In this document: piece by piece, positions 1-10,520 of the stretch
Layout: the number at the start of each line of letters is the position of its first letter
Numbering within the stretch: the first letter of the stretch is position 1
Assembly (NCBI GenBank): GCA_038206385.1
Contig: JBBRAW010000001.1
Coordinates: forward strand, 3,143-67,142
Source: Bacteroidia bacterium
GTDB lineage: Bacteria > Bacteroidota > Bacteroidia > AKYH767-A > OLB10
Direction of reading: 5' to 3'
DNA length: 64,000 bases
Position numbers and translations under genes: made by a program
The notes under the pieces: generated by a model
What the model was told of the DNA's origin: nothing
Database searches by the model: none
Seen by the model: only the letters and a program-made list of their open reading frames with translations

Positions 1-763
1 TCTTCGATGAAGTAAAACCACCCATCGCACCACCGAGTGCTTTCCCTAATGTGCCTGTGATAATATCTACACGTCCCATCACATTACGGTACTCGTGCGT
101 ACCACGACCAGACTTGCCCATAAAACCAGAAGCATGGCATTCGTCAATCATCACTAAAGCATTGTACTTATCAGCAAGGTCACAAATTTTATCTAGCTGT
201 GCTATTGTTCCGTCCATTGAAAAAACACCATCACTAACAATAATTCTTTGACGAAGATTTTGTGTTGCTTGCAACTGAACTTCTAAATCGGCCATATCAT
301 TATGCTTAAAACGATAGCGCTGTGCTTTACATAAACGTACACCATCAATTATGGAAGCGTGATTTAACTCATCAGAGATAATTGCATCTTGATCATTAAA
401 CAGTGGCTCGAATATTCCTCCGTTTGCATCAAAAGCAGCCGCATATAAAATGGTATCTTCTGTTCCTAAAAATTTAGAAAGTTTTTGTTCTAACTCTTTA
501 TGAATATCCTGTGTACCACAAATAAAACGTACACTCGACATTCCAAAACCATGCGTATCAATTGCTTCTTTAGCTGCTTCAATAACTTTAGGATGTGATG
601 ATAATCCAAGATAATTATTTGCGCAAAAATTTATAACTTCTTTTCCATTTGCTGTGATGTCGGCAGCTTGCGGAGTTGAAATTACACGCTCTGCTTTATA
701 AAGTCCTGCCTCACGAATGTCGGTCAATTCTTTTTCAAGAATGGGTTGCAATGTATTGTACAT
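1..763 (-). CDS. kbl: 2-amino-3-ketobutyrate CoA ligase (glycine C-acetyltransferase), N-terminal ~254 codons; 3' end lies beyond the window start
   Basis: Minus-strand translation from the ATG at 763..761 gives [28 protein letters not shown]...[15 protein letters not shown]...[19 protein letters not shown]...[26 protein letters not shown]...[15 protein letters not shown]...[23 protein letters not shown]. This is co-linear with the E. coli Kbl sequence as I recall it, a PLP-dependent class II aminotransferase. It is missing from the ORF track because it runs off the edge of the window. Confidence 0.85.
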   Translation of the reverse strand, partial: MYNTLQPILEKELTDIREAGLYKAERVISTPQAADITANGKEVINFCANNYLGLSSHPKVIEAAKEAIDTHGFGMSSVRFICGTQDIHKELEQKLSKFLGTEDTILYAAAFDANGGIFEPLFNDQDAIISDELNHASIIDGVRLCKAQRYRFKHNDMADLEVQLQATQNLRQRIIVSDGVFSMDGTIAQLDKICDLADKYNALVMIDECHASGFMGKSGRGTHEYRNVMGRVDIITGTLGKALGGAMGGFTSSK

Positions 764-810
764 GATCTGATTTTTAGAGTTTGTAAAACTAATTAATTCC
801 CGCTTTATAA

Positions 811-860
811 TTATAAAAAAATTCACCGATCCATCCTCAAATGAGAATAGATCGGTGAAT
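811..860 (-). terminator. Putative rho-independent terminator downstream of the 898..2691 lipoprotein gene
   Basis: Perfect 11-bp inverted repeat attcaccgatc (821-831) / gatcggtgaat (850-860), immediately followed on the minus strand by a T-run (plus-strand aaaaaa 815-820). The loop is rather long at 18 nt. Confidence 0.4.
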
Positions 861-897
861 TATAAACTTAAACTGTAATTTGTAGTAAGTAAAGGCT

Positions 898-2691
898 TTA
901 GTTATCTCTATGAATACTAAAGTTGGAAGAAAGTGTTCCAGAAATTGGTATACCATTATTAGTAAGGATAACATCTCCCAAAAATGCACCATTAATATTT
1001 CCACCTATAGCGCAAGCATTACTGATAGTTGTAGTTCCTGTTCCATGAGGATCAGCGGCAATTGAATACGTTTGCCCGTTAGAAATCATTGTACCTGTTA
1101 TGTTACTATTTGTAATATTCCAAAAATAAGATCCATTAGCATAATTGGGAATATTTAGATTGATAGTTGCTGTATTTCCGGTGATGCTATCATAGTTTGA
1201 AAATACAATAGCTTGATTAGGTGTAGTGCCTGTAACTGAGCAACCAGAAACTTGAAAAGAAGAAGCGATTGATCCAACCAATGAACTATTAAATACCAAT
1301 TGCAAATTATTATTTGTTGATAGCGTATCGCACAATGAAATATTTCCTGTTGAATATTGTTGACCGAGAGTGGTAGCATTTACAGAAGCATTTCCTGTAC
1401 GAACACCTTTATAGGTAAGAATAGAATAAACCCCAACTGTATTCACATGAAAATGAAAAACACCTGTTGTAGTTACTTGATAATCGACGAGTGCATTTGT
1501 TTGATCGAAACAAAGTACTGTTGCACCAGTTGAAGAATTATTACAATCGACAATAGTTCCATTAATGTTAATTCCACAATTCGCAGTTGTAAATATTAAA
1601 TCAGGAACAACAGCACTTGCTCCTACAGCTAGGTTTACAATTTCAGATTGAGTTTGCAAACTGTTATAATAATTAATATTATACATTCCCAAAAGCGTAA
1701 CAGCGTATCCTGAGAGAATTGATCCTGAGTAAAACCCATTTGCATTAGTTGTCTCGTAACCTCCACCTATGCCCGATATATAAGCACTTACATACGCATT
1801 TGCTATCGGATTTCCATTGCAATCTTTTACATAGCCTGAAACATAAGCCCGTGGAGAAGTGAAATCACAATTCCACCAGGTAAAATGTGCTACATCTGCT
1901 TTGTATGTATTTCCTGTTTTTGTTGCAGTTCCTTCTTCTTTCCATTTACCACTAGCATCATCAAAATACCACAATGCAATTGTTGATGGAGCAGCACTTA
2001 TTTGATTTGCAGCAATTGGAAAAGTAAGATTCGCTTTTTTTCCTGATGCAATTTTTAAAGTATTTCCCGACTGATCTTTCATCACCACTCCAACCATTCC
2101 GTAAGTTTGCAGAATACCATCTTTACCCGATTGATCAATAGCAATGAGATCGCTTCCTGGCACTTTCAATCCTAGCTTTGCATCATCACTTGCCAATTCA
2201 TGCATACAAATATTTACCGATCCTGAATAAATATTTCCATTTGCATCAGCGAAAGCATTTGCAGGAAAATTTACAGAAGCTCCCGATGATAATGTTACCA
2301 ATCCACCTGTTGAAGCATTTATTACTTGCGTAGATGCGGCACTAAATAAAGTAAGATTTCTATATGTAACAATTCCTTTGCTCGGATGACAAGTACCTAC
2401 TTGATTCCAGAAACCAGATTTAGAAACTAAAATTAATGCGCGGTCTTTTGTAAGGTCAACATTTTCGATGAGATAAATTCCCCATTGATTTGTAACTGCT
2501 GATAGTCCGCCGGCATTAACTGTAGCGCCTGAAACTGGATTTCCTTGTTCATCAAAAACACGTCCTGATATTGACGTATTGACTTTTTCTCCTGTAGAAA
2601 TCGAAGGATTTCCTGAATTGCCATCATCCTTTTTACATCCGCTCCACCCTATCATCAGAATGGAAATAATAATTAATAAGCGTGATTTCAT
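898..2691 (-). CDS. Secreted lipoprotein, 597 aa, with carboxypeptidase-regulatory-like / Ig-like beta-sandwich segments; function unknown
   Basis: N-terminus MKSRLLIIISILMIGWSGCKKDD is a lipoprotein signal (lipobox ending in Cys). GRVFDEQGNPVSGATVNAGG resembles the CarboxypepD_reg fold. Composition is Gly/Asn/Thr-rich. No T9SS C-terminal domain is recognised. Confidence 0.6.
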   Translation of the reverse strand: MKSRLLIIISILMIGWSGCKKDDGNSGNPSISTGEKVNTSISGRVFDEQGNPVSGATVNAGGLSAVTNQWGIYLIENVDLTKDRALILVSKSGFWNQVGTCHPSKGIVTYRNLTLFSAASTQVINASTGGLVTLSSGASVNFPANAFADANGNIYSGSVNICMHELASDDAKLGLKVPGSDLIAIDQSGKDGILQTYGMVGVVMKDQSGNTLKIASGKKANLTFPIAANQISAAPSTIALWYFDDASGKWKEEGTATKTGNTYKADVAHFTWWNCDFTSPRAYVSGYVKDCNGNPIANAYVSAYISGIGGGYETTNANGFYSGSILSGYAVTLLGMYNINYYNSLQTQSEIVNLAVGASAVVPDLIFTTANCGININGTIVDCNNSSTGATVLCFDQTNALVDYQVTTTGVFHFHVNTVGVYSILTYKGVRTGNASVNATTLGQQYSTGNISLCDTLSTNNNLQLVFNSSLVGSIASSFQVSGCSVTGTTPNQAIVFSNYDSITGNTATINLNIPNYANGSYFWNITNSNITGTMISNGQTYSIAADPHGTGTTTISNACAIGGNINGAFLGDVILTNNGIPISGTLSSNFSIHRDN

Positions 2692-2833
2692 CTTGTTTTG
2701 GTTTTAGGTTAATTACTCAATAAATTGTGTGTGGCAATTCATCTACTCTCAAATATAGTTTAAATTTTGAGACAAGGAGGCTTTATGTTGATAAAATACA
2801 AAATATTTAAGAATGCCATAGTTACTTTATGGA

Positions 2834-3961
2834 CTAAATTAGCTGATACTTTTTCCCTGGCAACGCTTTCAGCAAACCTTTCATTTCCATACCAAGCAAT
2901 ACGCTGGAGAGTTTTGTGAACGGCCATTGAAGATCCATTGCAAGACTATCAATATCTGCTTTCGAATTATTTTCAAGTATTTTTACAAGCGATTCTTCAT
3001 CACCATTTAAATCAACAAATAATTGTTTTTGAATTGCTTTAGATACAATTTCTTTTTCAAGATTTGCTGTACGTTCCCAACCCATCAAATAAGAAACATC
3101 AGCAGCAGAAGTAATCAACGCTGCTCTATTTATTTTGATCAAATTATTACATCCCTCACTATATTGATCGTCCAATCTTCCTGGTACAGCAAATACATCG
3201 CGCGAATAACTGTGTGCAATATCAGCAGTGATTAACGCTCCACCTTTCTTTGCGGCTTCAATAACAATTACTGCATCACAAATGCCAGCAACAATACGAT
3301 TTCTCGAGGGGAAATTTTCCCGATCAGGATTTGTATTACTTGGATACTCCGTTAATAATCCACCACATTTTAACATCTTCGCTGCTGTTGATCGATGATG
3401 ACTCGGATAAATTCTATCCAGACCATGCGCCATTACTGCAATAGTTGGAATGTCAACTTTGAGTGCTGCACGATGCGCGTGAATATCGATACCATAAGCC
3501 AAACCACTCACAATTGTTACGTCGAGTGTTGCGAGTTCTTCGATTAATTTATCAGTAATATTTTTTCCATAATCAGATGCATTACGCGTTCCAACTATCG
3601 CAATAATTCTACTTTTATTTATATCAACATTACCTTTAAAATACAATAAAATTGGCGCATCATGACAATGCTTTAAACGTTGCGGATAATTTTCATCGAG
3701 ATAAAAATAGGTTTGGATATTATGCTTCAAAATAAATTCTACTTCCTCATCAGCGCGAGCAAAAGGAGAATGTTTTTTAATTTTCTCAGCAGTTTTAGGT
3801 CCGATTTCAGGAATCTTTTCCAACGCTTTTAATTTCTGCTTGAAGACCGCTTCCACGCTTCCGCAATAGCTTACGAGGTTACGCGCTAATACGGGGCCTA
3901 CGTTCGGCAATAGCGACAAGGCAATTCGATACTTGAGTTCGTCTGTTGGTTTCATCATCAT
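2834..3961 (-). CDS. dprA: DNA processing protein DprA (Smf)
   Basis: N-terminal LLPNVGPVLARNLVSYCGSVEAVF helix-hairpin-helix region, followed by a Rossmann-like core with IVSGLAYGIDIHAHRAAL (GxAxGID..AH signature). Length 375 aa. Confidence 0.85.
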   Translation of the reverse strand: MMMKPTDELKYRIALSLLPNVGPVLARNLVSYCGSVEAVFKQKLKALEKIPEIGPKTAEKIKKHSPFARADEEVEFILKHNIQTYFYLDENYPQRLKHCHDAPILLYFKGNVDINKSRIIAIVGTRNASDYGKNITDKLIEELATLDVTIVSGLAYGIDIHAHRAALKVDIPTIAVMAHGLDRIYPSHHRSTAAKMLKCGGLLTEYPSNTNPDRENFPSRNRIVAGICDAVIVIEAAKKGGALITADIAHSYSRDVFAVPGRLDDQYSEGCNNLIKINRAALITSAADVSYLMGWERTANLEKEIVSKAIQKQLFVDLNGDEESLVKILENNSKADIDSLAMDLQWPFTKLSSVLLGMEMKGLLKALPGKKYQLI

Positions 3962-4073
3962 AAATTTGCTAATGCGGGATATAAAAAATCACCAAGTAGC
4001 ATTTCTGTTGCAAAAATACTTTTATGTTTCGAAAATACATCGCATCTTTTCACCTGATTTGAAAAATATATTC

Positions 4074-6389
4074 ATGATGTCATTTATCAATACTAAAAAT
4101 CACGGCAGGATTAGTAGAAAACTGATCATAACTGCTATGCAGCTATGCCTTGCGCTTGTATTTCTTTTTACCATAACCTGCTCAGCACAAGAAAGTTCTG
4201 TTACAGGAAATATCAGAGATGCATCCACTTTTGAAAGTTTACCTGGAGTTTCTATCGTACTTCAACCAGGCAAAATTGATATCACAACGAATCCACAAGG
4301 TGACTACATTATCCATTTGAACGCGGGTGATTATATGATGCAAGTGCATTCGCTGGGTTATGAAGCGCAAGAAAAACAGATTTCAGTTAAAGCTGGCGAT
4401 AATTTAAAAATCGATTTTCGCTTAAAATCAACAAGTATTGAGATGTCGACTGTTGTGGTGAGTGCTGGAAAATTCGAACAGAAATTGGATGAAGTGGTCG
4501 TTTCGATGGAAGTTTTGAAGCCTGCACAAATTGAAAATAGTAATCAAACAACGATGGAAACGGCAATTGAAAAAGTACCCGGCGTAACCGTAATTGATGG
4601 TCAAGCGAATATTCGTGGTGGAAGTGGATTTAGTTATGGAGCTGGTAGTCGCGTGTTGGTTTTAGTAGACGACTTACCTTTGCTTGCCGCAGATGCGAAT
4701 GATGTGAAGTGGAGTTTTTTACCAATAGAAAATATTGAACAAGTAGAAATTTTAAAAGGCGCTTCCTCCGCTTTGTTTGGTTCATCAGCATTGAATGGTG
4801 TTATTAATTTACGCACTGCATTTCCAAAAGATACTGCTCAAACAATTTTTAATTTTTATACTGGAGTTTATGATACACCATCCAACAAAGACATGAAATG
4901 GTGGAAGAATAATTCTCAAGCAACGACGGGTGTAAACTTTTCTCACCGACAAAAATTTAAGCAATTGGATGTTGTTATTGGTGGACATTATTTTGATGAT
5001 AATGGTTATCGCCAAAGTGAAACAGAAAAAAGATATCGCCTGAATACAAATTTACGTTATCGCTTTAAAAATATTCAAGGATTGAGTGCTGGTATTGCAG
5101 CAAATGTTCAACGCAGTGAAGGTGGATTATTTTTATTATGGGCGAATGATACAACAGGCGCGTTAACACCTTTAGGTGGATTAGATTCGGCGACAACCAC
5201 GATCAGTATTTACACTACCACAAGAGCAACGTTTGATCCTTATATAACGTATGTTGGAAAATCAAGTAGCCATCGAATTCGTACCCGCTATTTTTTAACG
5301 AACAATAAAAATAATACTAACCAAGAAGCAAAATCAGAAATCTATTATGGCGAATATTTATTTCAACATCACTTCAAAGATTTACTAACATGGTCGTTGG
5401 GATTAAGTGCAAGTAATTCAAAAGTTAGTGGTGATCTTTATAGCAAGCAATCAGGAGATAATAATGCTGCATATACACAAGTTGATTTGAAATACAAACG
5501 CTTTAATGTTTCTGCAGGATATCGAATTGAACAAGGAAGAATTTCTTCAGAAAAATTAAAAGCGCAACAATTATTTAGAGCCGGAGCAAGTTATCAATTA
5601 CTAAAAGCAACGCATCTTCGCACATCCTTCGGACAAGGGTTTAGGTTTCCTTCGATAGCAGAAAAATTTATACGAACACAAGTTGGAAGTATTGTAGTAT
5701 ATCCTAATGATTCATTAAAAAGTGAAACGGGATGGTCGGCAGAAATCGGTATTCGACAAGGAATAAAAATTAATAATTGGCGTGGATTAATTGATGTAAG
5801 TTATTTTCAAACTGAATACAAAGACATGATGGAATTTACTTTTGGTGTTTGGGGAAAGCCCACGGATCCTTCAGGAGGATTTGGATTTAAATCGACAAAT
5901 ATTGGAAACACGAAAATTACAGGTTGTGAAATTTCTATTTCTGGAGATGGAAACTTTGGTGCATTTCATCAATTATTTTTAGCAGGATTCACATATATCA
6001 ATCCTATCCAAAAAGATTTTAATGATAGCATTGATACTTTAAAAAATACTGCAAATTATAACGTATTGAAATATCGTTATCGTAGAATGTGGAAATTTGA
6101 TTCTGAAACTTCTTATAAAAGATTTAGCATTGGTTTGAGTGCTCGCTATTATAGTTTTATGGAAAATATCGATGCGATTTTTGAAGCGGTGATTCCTGGT
6201 GTGAAAACGTATCGTAAAAATCATCAAAATGGTGATTGGATTTTCGATGCCAATTTAACTTTCAAAGCTCGTAAAAATATGCGTTTAGGTGTAGTTGTAA
6301 AAAATGCTTTCAACCACGAATACATGACCCGACCAGCGGATTTACAGCCACCAAGAAGCTTCGTTGTGCAATGCATGATTAATCTTTAA
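4074..6389 (+). CDS. TonB-dependent outer-membrane receptor (carboxypeptidase-regulatory-like N-domain, plug and beta-barrel)
   Basis: Signal peptide ...TAMQLCLALVFLFTITCSAQE. SVTGNIRDASTFESLPGVSIVL matches the CarbopepD_reg fold. The plug region contains VLKGASSALFGSSALNGVINL. A long beta-barrel with alternating aromatic residues ends in a C-terminal aromatic. The track ORF starts at 3933 and overlaps dprA; a start at ATG 4074 (MMSFINTK...) is more plausible. Confidence 0.75.
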   Translation: MMSFINTKNHGRISRKLIITAMQLCLALVFLFTITCSAQESSVTGNIRDASTFESLPGVSIVLQPGKIDITTNPQGDYIIHLNAGDYMMQVHSLGYEAQEKQISVKAGDNLKIDFRLKSTSIEMSTVVVSAGKFEQKLDEVVVSMEVLKPAQIENSNQTTMETAIEKVPGVTVIDGQANIRGGSGFSYGAGSRVLVLVDDLPLLAADANDVKWSFLPIENIEQVEILKGASSALFGSSALNGVINLRTAFPKDTAQTIFNFYTGVYDTPSNKDMKWWKNNSQATTGVNFSHRQKFKQLDVVIGGHYFDDNGYRQSETEKRYRLNTNLRYRFKNIQGLSAGIAANVQRSEGGLFLLWANDTTGALTPLGGLDSATTTISIYTTTRATFDPYITYVGKSSSHRIRTRYFLTNNKNNTNQEAKSEIYYGEYLFQHHFKDLLTWSLGLSASNSKVSGDLYSKQSGDNNAAYTQVDLKYKRFNVSAGYRIEQGRISSEKLKAQQLFRAGASYQLLKATHLRTSFGQGFRFPSIAEKFIRTQVGSIVVYPNDSLKSETGWSAEIGIRQGIKINNWRGLIDVSYFQTEYKDMMEFTFGVWGKPTDPSGGFGFKSTNIGNTKITGCEISISGDGNFGAFHQLFLAGFTYINPIQKDFNDSIDTLKNTANYNVLKYRYRRMWKFDSETSYKRFSIGLSARYYSFMENIDAIFEAVIPGVKTYRKNHQNGDWIFDANLTFKARKNMRLGVVVKNAFNHEYMTRPADLQPPRSFVVQCMINL

Positions 6390-6421
6390 AAGTGTAATTT
6401 GTGAGAGATCGAATCATCATT

Positions 6422-6715
6422 ATGAAAACGCTGCCTGCTTCCGCGATGGCGCTATTTCCATTTATCTTAATTCATCGATCAACGATTCCTGCTGGTGAAA
6501 AATTATTAAATCATGAACGCATACATCTGCAACAGCAACGTGAATTGTTAATTATCCCTTTTTATATTTGGTATGGATTAGAATATTTATTTTACAGAAT
6601 AAAATTTAAAAGTCATTACAAAGCATATCGAGCAATTCGATTTGAAAAAGAAGCATACAACAACGACGGAAATTTATCATATCTAAAAAATAGAAAACAT
6701 TACAATTATTTTTAA
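6422..6715 (+). CDS. Small hypothetical protein (~97 aa) with an HExxH motif
   Basis: ORF starts 33 nt after the receptor stop codon. Translation MKTLPASAMALFPFILIHRSTIPAGEKLLNHERIHLQQQRELLIIPFYIWYGLEYL contains HERIH (HExxH) next to a hydrophobic segment. The track begins at a GTG at 6401; the ATG at 6422 is preferred. Confidence 0.4.
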   Translation: MKTLPASAMALFPFILIHRSTIPAGEKLLNHERIHLQQQRELLIIPFYIWYGLEYLFYRIKFKSHYKAYRAIRFEKEAYNNDGNLSYLKNRKHYNYF

Positions 6716-6738
6716 GACATTTAGCAAATAAATTAATT

Positions 6739-8277
6739 ATGCCAATACGAATGTCGAAGGATGATGATTCCTCCAATTCAAATGATAATTATCCAGGTAA
6801 TGGTGGCAGCGGTGGTGGCAGCGGAAATGGAATTTTAGGAATTCTTTTAATGTTATTTTCTCGCAGTCCGAAATTGATGATTGTTGCTGCAATTTTATTT
6901 GGCGGATATTATTTTTTCGGCGGACAATGTAACTCTTCGCATCCAGCTTCAAGCATCAGCAAAGTATTTAATCTTGGCGCAACACTGGATCAAAAAGTTT
7001 ACGATAAAGCAGAAGTTTACGAGCCACTCGCAGACAACCGCAGCAATCCACTTCCTGAATCTGTATCACTAGAACAATATGCACCCGATCGAAAAAATCA
7101 AGGTCAGCAAGGTTCGTGTGTAGGTTGGGGAAGTACGTATGCAGCCGCAACAATTCTTGAAGCGAAAGCAACGAATAGTGATCCCAATGTAATTGCATTG
7201 AGTCCTGCATATACTTACAATCAAATTCATCTACAAGATTGTCAAGGTTCGTATATTCTTGAAGCTGTAAAGGTGTTGCAAAATGGTGCACTTCCATTCA
7301 ATCGTTTTGAATACACTGATCAAGATTGTAATCGTAAACCAAGTTCATTAGAACGACAAGCAGCAGATAAATTTAAGATCAAAGGTGCGAATCGTTTATC
7401 AAAATCTGGTGATGATTATAAAACAGATTTACTTGCCATCAAACAACATCTTGCACAAGGTGCTCCTGTAGTTATTGGCATGATGGTAGGTGGCACTTTT
7501 ATGCAAGAGATGATGGGTCAGAAAGTGTGGTTGCCTACTCGTGAAGATTACGATATGCAAGGATTTGGAGGGCATTGTATGTCGGTAATTGGATACGATG
7601 ATTACCTCGAAGGAGGAGCCTTTCAAATCATGAATAGTTGGGGTACTGAGTGGGGAGTAAATGGATTAGCATGGGTGCGTTATAAAGATTTTGATTGGTT
7701 TTGTAAAGAGGCTTATGGAATGTATCCGATGAGCAATGAAAAGAAGTTTGCAGATGATGCAATTGATATGCAAATTGGATTAATTAATAACGAAACTAAA
7801 AATGCAATTGCAATAAAATATGAAAGTGAAAATACTTGCGTAACTACTTCGCCAATAAAAAAAGGAACGAAGTTTAAGATGGAAGTAACAAATAATATTG
7901 AATGTTATACTTACATTTTTGGTGAGGAGACAGATGGAAAAAGTTATGTTTTATTTCCGTACACAAAAAAACATTCGCCCTATTGTGGTGTAACTGGAAC
8001 GAGATTATTTCCAAAAGATTATTCGATGCAAGCAGATGAAATCGGAACACGTGATCGCATTGCAATTATTGTTACGCGCGAGCCACTCGATTATGTTGTT
8101 TTAAATGATGCAATGAATAAATCGTCAGCAAAAGGTTTAGCGGCAATGTTAAAAGCTGCGTTGGGTGATAAAATTAGTAGTGATGTGCAAATTGATGGTT
8201 CTACAAAGATTTCTGCAAAGGGCGCATTAAAAGTGGGTCAAGCTTTTGCAATTGTTGTGGAGATAGATAAAAATTAG
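6739..8277 (+). CDS. Papain-like (C1 family) cysteine peptidase domain protein with N-terminal Gly-rich/transmembrane segment and ~170-aa C-terminal extension
   Basis: C1 signature triad in the correct order: Q...QGSCVGWG (oxyanion Gln plus catalytic Cys), GGHCMSVIGYDD (catalytic His), NSWGTEWG (Asn-Ser-Trp). N-terminus: Asp/Ser/Asn-rich stretch, then GGSGGGSGNG, then hydrophobic ILGILLMLF...MIVAAILFGGYYFF. Confidence 0.7.
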   Translation: MPIRMSKDDDSSNSNDNYPGNGGSGGGSGNGILGILLMLFSRSPKLMIVAAILFGGYYFFGGQCNSSHPASSISKVFNLGATLDQKVYDKAEVYEPLADNRSNPLPESVSLEQYAPDRKNQGQQGSCVGWGSTYAAATILEAKATNSDPNVIALSPAYTYNQIHLQDCQGSYILEAVKVLQNGALPFNRFEYTDQDCNRKPSSLERQAADKFKIKGANRLSKSGDDYKTDLLAIKQHLAQGAPVVIGMMVGGTFMQEMMGQKVWLPTREDYDMQGFGGHCMSVIGYDDYLEGGAFQIMNSWGTEWGVNGLAWVRYKDFDWFCKEAYGMYPMSNEKKFADDAIDMQIGLINNETKNAIAIKYESENTCVTTSPIKKGTKFKMEVTNNIECYTYIFGEETDGKSYVLFPYTKKHSPYCGVTGTRLFPKDYSMQADEIGTRDRIAIIVTREPLDYVVLNDAMNKSSAKGLAAMLKAALGDKISSDVQIDGSTKISAKGALKVGQAFAIVVEIDKN

Positions 8278-8368
8278 GAATTAATTCTACTACTTCTAAG
8301 AACGCAACACCTTTGAAGCATTAAAGAAATGGGCAAATGATAAATTCATAGAATCTTTAAGATTTCCT

Positions 8369-9169
8369 ATGGATTCTCACTATGAATACACTTACTTTTG
8401 CCCAGTGACTACAAACGCAATCATTTCCGTAAAGGATTTAAAGAAAAACTACGGCGAATTCCAAGCTGTAAAAGGAATTTCTTTTGAAGTTTATCAAGGA
8501 GAAATTTTCGGATTATTAGGTCCAAATGGAGCAGGGAAAACTACTACGCTCGAAATCATTGAAACATTACGTGAGAAAACTTCTGGCACCGTTCACCTTG
8601 CTGGAATGGATATTAGCAAAGATGGAAATGCGATCAAACAAATGATTGGCGTTCAACTTCAGGCTGCTGGTTATTATCCAAGTCTTACGCTTATTGAGTT
8701 GATAAAACTTTTTTCTGGGCTTTATGATATCGAAACAGATGCAATGAAAATGTTGCGATCGGTTGGATTAGAAGATAAAGCAAAAGCAAAATACAAAGAA
8801 CTTTCGGGCGGACAAAAACAACGTTTCTCTATTGCAACAACGTTAATCAATAAACCAACAATTATTTTTTTAGATGAACCAACAACAGGTTTAGATCCAC
8901 AAGCGCGAAGAAATTTATGGGATTTAATTCGTACCATTCGTGATGATGGAGCTACCGTTGTTATCACCACACATTACATGGATGAAGCAGAACAATTATG
9001 CGATCGTGTTGCAGTAATGGAAGCAGGAAAAATTATTGCATTAGATACTCCCGATGCACTTATTGATAATTTAATTGCTAGTGGATTCGAGCGTACTAAA
9101 GAAGTGAAGAAAGCAAATTTGGAAGATGTATTTTTAAGTCTTACCGGACAAGAGTGGCGAGACGAATAA
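8369..9169 (+). CDS. ABC transporter ATP-binding protein (ABC-2 exporter type)
   Basis: Walker A GLLGPNGAGKTTT, ABC signature LSGGQKQR, Walker B IIFLDEPTTGLD, H-loop TTHYM. Confidence 0.85.
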   Translation: MDSHYEYTYFCPVTTNAIISVKDLKKNYGEFQAVKGISFEVYQGEIFGLLGPNGAGKTTTLEIIETLREKTSGTVHLAGMDISKDGNAIKQMIGVQLQAAGYYPSLTLIELIKLFSGLYDIETDAMKMLRSVGLEDKAKAKYKELSGGQKQRFSIATTLINKPTIIFLDEPTTGLDPQARRNLWDLIRTIRDDGATVVITTHYMDEAEQLCDRVAVMEAGKIIALDTPDALIDNLIASGFERTKEVKKANLEDVFLSLTGQEWRDE

Positions 9170-9227
9170 ATTAATTAACAATAAAAAATATTTATTTAAT
9201 TATTCTCACCGAGAACAAATAAAATTT

Positions 9228-10328
9228 ATGTCAAGAGAATACAGTCAGTTTCGTGCAATGATTGCAATTGCAAGAGCAAGCTTCAGATCAATAACACGCA
9301 GTCCTTCAGCAGTAGTTTTTACACTTGTGTTTCCACTGATATTTATTTTAGTATTTGGATTTTTAGGAGGTAGTTCCATAAAATTAAATGTAGCACTTTC
9401 GAAAGATTCGGATACTAAAAATCCCATCTATGAAGGAATGATTTTCAATCCTGCATTATCCGTACAACACGATTTAACAATAGAAGAGCAACAAACACTT
9501 TTACAAAAAGGTAAGATTGATGCAATCATTAATATTCGTAAAGTTGTTGCTGATAGTTCATGGAAATACAAAGTAGATGTATACACTACTTTATCATCAC
9601 GAGAAAAAGGTATCATCGTTAAATCAATTTTAGAACACTTAATTGACAAAGCAAACTTAAAAGCTGCGCATATTGATGAACCACTTGCAGAACTTGTTCC
9701 TCAAATTGTACAAGGACGAGAATATAAAACTATTGATTTTATTTTACCTGGGCAATTAGGATTTTCATTACTAAGCACTGGAGTTTTCGGAACTGCATTT
9801 GTATTTTTTAATTTACGACAAACGCTTGTTATTAAAAGATTCTTTGCAACACCCATCAAAAAACCATTCATTGTTTTAGGCGAAGCGATGAGTAGATTAG
9901 TGTTTGCATTATTAGGCGCAGCATTTATAATTGGCATCGGGCATTTTGCTTTTGGATTTACATTGATACATGGCTTTAGTACATTTTTATCGATGCTTGG
10001 ATTATCAGCACTTGGCCTTATAGTATTTATGGGATTTGGATTTGTTGTTTCGGGAATTGCAAAAAGCGAGAGTACTATTCCGCCATTAGCAAACATCATC
10101 ACCTTACCTCAATTTTTACTTTCGGGAACTTTCTTTAGCATAGAGAATTTCCCTTCTTGGCTACAACCATTATGTAAAATTTTACCTCTTACGTATCTCA
10201 ATGAGGCTATGCGAAAAGTAGCTTTCGAAGGGGCAGGATTTTCAGAGATTGCCCTTCCTGTAGGCGTAATTTTGTTGTGGGGTGTCATAGTTTATGCCGC
10301 TGCGGTGCGCCTTTTCCGCTGGGAATAA
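9228..10328 (+). CDS. ABC-2 family transporter permease
   Basis: 366 aa. N-terminal cytoplasmic segment and first TM, then a large extracytoplasmic loop, then five further TM helices. This is typical of ABC-2 permeases. Immediately downstream of the ATPase gene. Confidence 0.7.
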   Translation: MSREYSQFRAMIAIARASFRSITRSPSAVVFTLVFPLIFILVFGFLGGSSIKLNVALSKDSDTKNPIYEGMIFNPALSVQHDLTIEEQQTLLQKGKIDAIINIRKVVADSSWKYKVDVYTTLSSREKGIIVKSILEHLIDKANLKAAHIDEPLAELVPQIVQGREYKTIDFILPGQLGFSLLSTGVFGTAFVFFNLRQTLVIKRFFATPIKKPFIVLGEAMSRLVFALLGAAFIIGIGHFAFGFTLIHGFSTFLSMLGLSALGLIVFMGFGFVVSGIAKSESTIPPLANIITLPQFLLSGTFFSIENFPSWLQPLCKILPLTYLNEAMRKVAFEGAGFSEIALPVGVILLWGVIVYAAAVRLFRWE

Positions 10329-10520
10329 TGACTCATTGTCAGTAATTCGGATTGGCTTATTCATTGTTATAGGTTGAAATAAATTATTGAAAAATTCAAT
10401 AAAGCATCGGGTAATTCGTTACTTGATAAAGCAAAAATTAAATTATTAACGTAAAATCACGAAAGGGATAATGGTCTTCTTTAAATCTATCGTAATTTTG
10501 CATCAAATTAAAACAACGCC

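Noticed and set aside
1155-1379. Short ORFs in the six-frame track embedded in or antisense to long genes (e.g. 1155..1379, 2433..2627, 3023..3235, 4634..5015, 6039..6227, 6737..7297, 8722..8970, 9245..10102, 10826..11077)
   Set aside because: All lie inside strongly supported longer CDSs on the same or opposite strand. They have low-complexity or Cys/Ile-rich translations typical of AT-rich antisense frames, with no independent start context.
2692-2833. Inverted repeat tctcaaa...tttgaga downstream of dprA
   Set aside because: Weak 7-bp stem with a 12-nt loop and no U-tract on the relevant strand. Not called as a terminator.
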